Assembly (NCBI GenBank): GCA_964218365.1
Contig: CAXPMI010000037.1
Span: 3,164 to 67,163, forward strand
Source: Candidatus Poseidoniaceae archaeon
GTDB taxonomy: Archaea; Thermoplasmatota; Poseidoniia; Poseidoniales; Poseidoniaceae
Direction of reading: 5' to 3'
DNA: 64,000 nucleotides
Within the stretch, counting starts at the first letter, position 1. Every line of letters starts with the position of its first letter. This document shows, in pieces, positions 62,798 to 64,000 of this stretch. The notes beneath the pieces are model-generated. The model was not told the DNA's origin. It did not search any database and was given only the letters and a program-made list of their open reading frames with translations. Made by a program: the position numbers and the translations under genes.

Positions 62798-64000
62798 TTT
62801 TTTTCATTTGATTTATCTTCCATCTTCTCAAACAATTCACGAATTAATTTAACAGAAGCTCTATCTGGTGCTTCTCTTTCTTCTCTAGCCCAGGTTCTAG
62901 GGTGTAACAATAGTAATGCTGTCATCAATTCGAGCCTTCCAAACCACATCAAAACTGAGGTAATCAATAGGGACGGTGTTCCCATAGATGCCCATGTATT
63001 GGAGGGTCCATAATCTCCCAAAGTAGGACCAGTGTTTCCGAGAGCAGATGCTACTACTGCAACTACCGATTCAAAGTCAGAGTTAGGCATAGTTACTGCC
63101 AAAATGATACAAGATATTGCAAATAAGCCAGTCCAAACAAATAGCATACCTACTATCAATCCTAACCTTTCATTGTCCACAACTTCGTTATTCATGCGGA
63201 TTTGTACGACACGCTTCGGTTGTACGATTCTGCCGATTTCTCTCCAGGCGATCTTTAGTCCAAGTTTGACACGCATCAATTTCAGTCCACCACTGGTTGA
63301 ACCTGCACAAGCTCCTACTATCATCAATAAGAAGAGGAAAATGTGAGTAACAACTGGCCATAGCATGTAATCAGAGTTTGTGTATCCAGTACTAGTTCCG
63401 ATTGAAACAACTGTGAAAAGTGAATCAAAGAATCCTTCACTGAGATTACTTCCTTGAGAAATCAATGCTAAGAATACGAATAGAGTGGTTGCAACAATCA
63501 CCAAGACGTAACTTCTTCCTTCTTGGTCGGCGAATACTTTGTCCCATTGCTTTTCCCAAGCAAGCCAAATTAGAGTAAAATTGACACCTGCTAAGAACAT
63601 GAAACAAATTATAATCGATTCAACGACAAAACTGTCATAGTATGCAATTGAGGCGTCGTGGGTTGAGAATCCACCAGATGGCATGGTTGTTAATCCATGA
63701 TTGAAAGCATCGAACATTGTCATTCCTCCAACTGACCATAGCAGAATTATCTCTAAGGCAGTCAATATGATGTATATCGTCCAAAGCGCAAGCGCAGTTT
63801 CCTGTAATTTTGGACGTAATCTTGAGAGAGAAGGTCCAGTCAGTTCAGCTCTTGCTAATGCCATTCCTCCTCCTAAAACTCGTGAAAGTAGCATGAGTCC
63901 AAGCATAATTATTCCCATGCCTCCAAGCCATTGAGTTAATGAACGCCAAATTAGAATCCCCTTTGGTTGAGCGTTTATGCAATCAGGGGTAGTTCCTGGA
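62794..64000 (-). CDS. trkH: TrkH/KtrB-family potassium uptake protein (5'-truncated by window edge)
   Basis: The frame stays open to the window end. Upstream residues read '...ILIWRSLTQWLGGMGIIML', a conserved TrkH motif. Multiple TM/P-loop repeats are present ('GFSTHD', 'GTSTGYT', 'LGNTGPTLG'). Confidence 0.8.
   Translation of the reverse strand, partial: PGTTPDCINAQPKGILIWRSLTQWLGGMGIIMLGLMLLSRVLGGGMALARAELTGPSLSRLRPKLQETALALWTIYIILTALEIILLWSVGGMTMFDAFNHGLTTMPSGGFSTHDASIAYYDSFVVESIIICFMFLAGVNFTLIWLAWEKQWDKVFADQEGRSYVLVIVATTLFVFLALISQGSNLSEGFFDSLFTVVSIGTSTGYTNSDYMLWPVVTHIFLFLLMIVGACAGSTSGGLKLMRVKLGLKIAWREIGRIVQPKRVVQIRMNNEVVDNERLGLIVGMLFVWTGLFAISCIILAVTMPNSDFESVVAVVASALGNTGPTLGDYGPSNTWASMGTPSLLITSVLMWFGRLELMTALLLLHPRTWAREEREAPDRASVKLIRELFEKMEDKSNEKN

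Noticed and set aside
1-64000. CRISPR arrays, IS elements, transposases, integrases, toxin-antitoxin pairs, restriction-modification or other defence islands, and rRNA genes.
   Set aside because: I saw no regularly spaced direct repeats. No ORF has transposase, integrase, Cas or nuclease-methylase motifs. All intergenic spacers are about 220 bp or shorter. This was a by-eye scan; a repeat finder or dot-plot should confirm it.

Overview
This window is an archaeal chromosomal segment with about 60 protein genes and 2 tRNAs. I saw no rRNA, CRISPR array, transposase, integrase or prophage signature. All calls come from reading the supplied translations and the DNA by eye; no searches were run.

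Informational core:
- The DUF106-cmk-cbf5 neighbourhood, aIF5A, and an rps12-rps7-(desaturase)-EF2 cluster.
- A tightly packed 'exosome superoperon': psmA-SBDS-rrp4-rrp41-rrp42-rpl37ae-pcc1-pfdB-DHH.
- TiaS, GlyRS, RFC large subunit, a very long Lhr-type helicase, diphthine-ammonia ligase, KptA, TrmY and CoaBC.

Metabolic and transport genes:
- Bacterial-type beta-oxidation enzymes (ACAD, Hbd, thiolase) and a Delta9-type acyl desaturase.
- Isoprenoid genes: IPK, a fused IDI1-GGPPS, and a UbiD-like decarboxylase.
- OPT, DMT and TrkH transporters.

Three very large secreted, TM-anchored surface proteins are present (819, 1290 and 1137 aa). An archaeosortase-like gene lies next to one of them.

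The mix of archaea-specific informational genes, bacterial-like lipid and peptide catabolism, and giant TSP3-repeat adhesins resembles published descriptions of uncultured marine planktonic Euryarchaeota (Marine Group II/III-like). This placement is inference only.

Best candidates for something undescribed:
1. A MamK/MreB-type actin gene preceded by a double-zinc-ribbon/TerB-like protein (22477-24601).
2. An archaeosortase-like gene abutting a C-type-lectin/LamG/PPC/EF-hand/TSP3 giant protein (49645-53984).
3. Cytoplasmic tails on the giant proteins: one aromatic and WW-like, one proline-rich.
4. A blue-copper::AmpG-type MFS fusion (7168-9135).
5. A fused IDI1-GGPPS next to IPK.
6. A fatty-acid desaturase inserted into the rps12-rps7-EF2 cluster.
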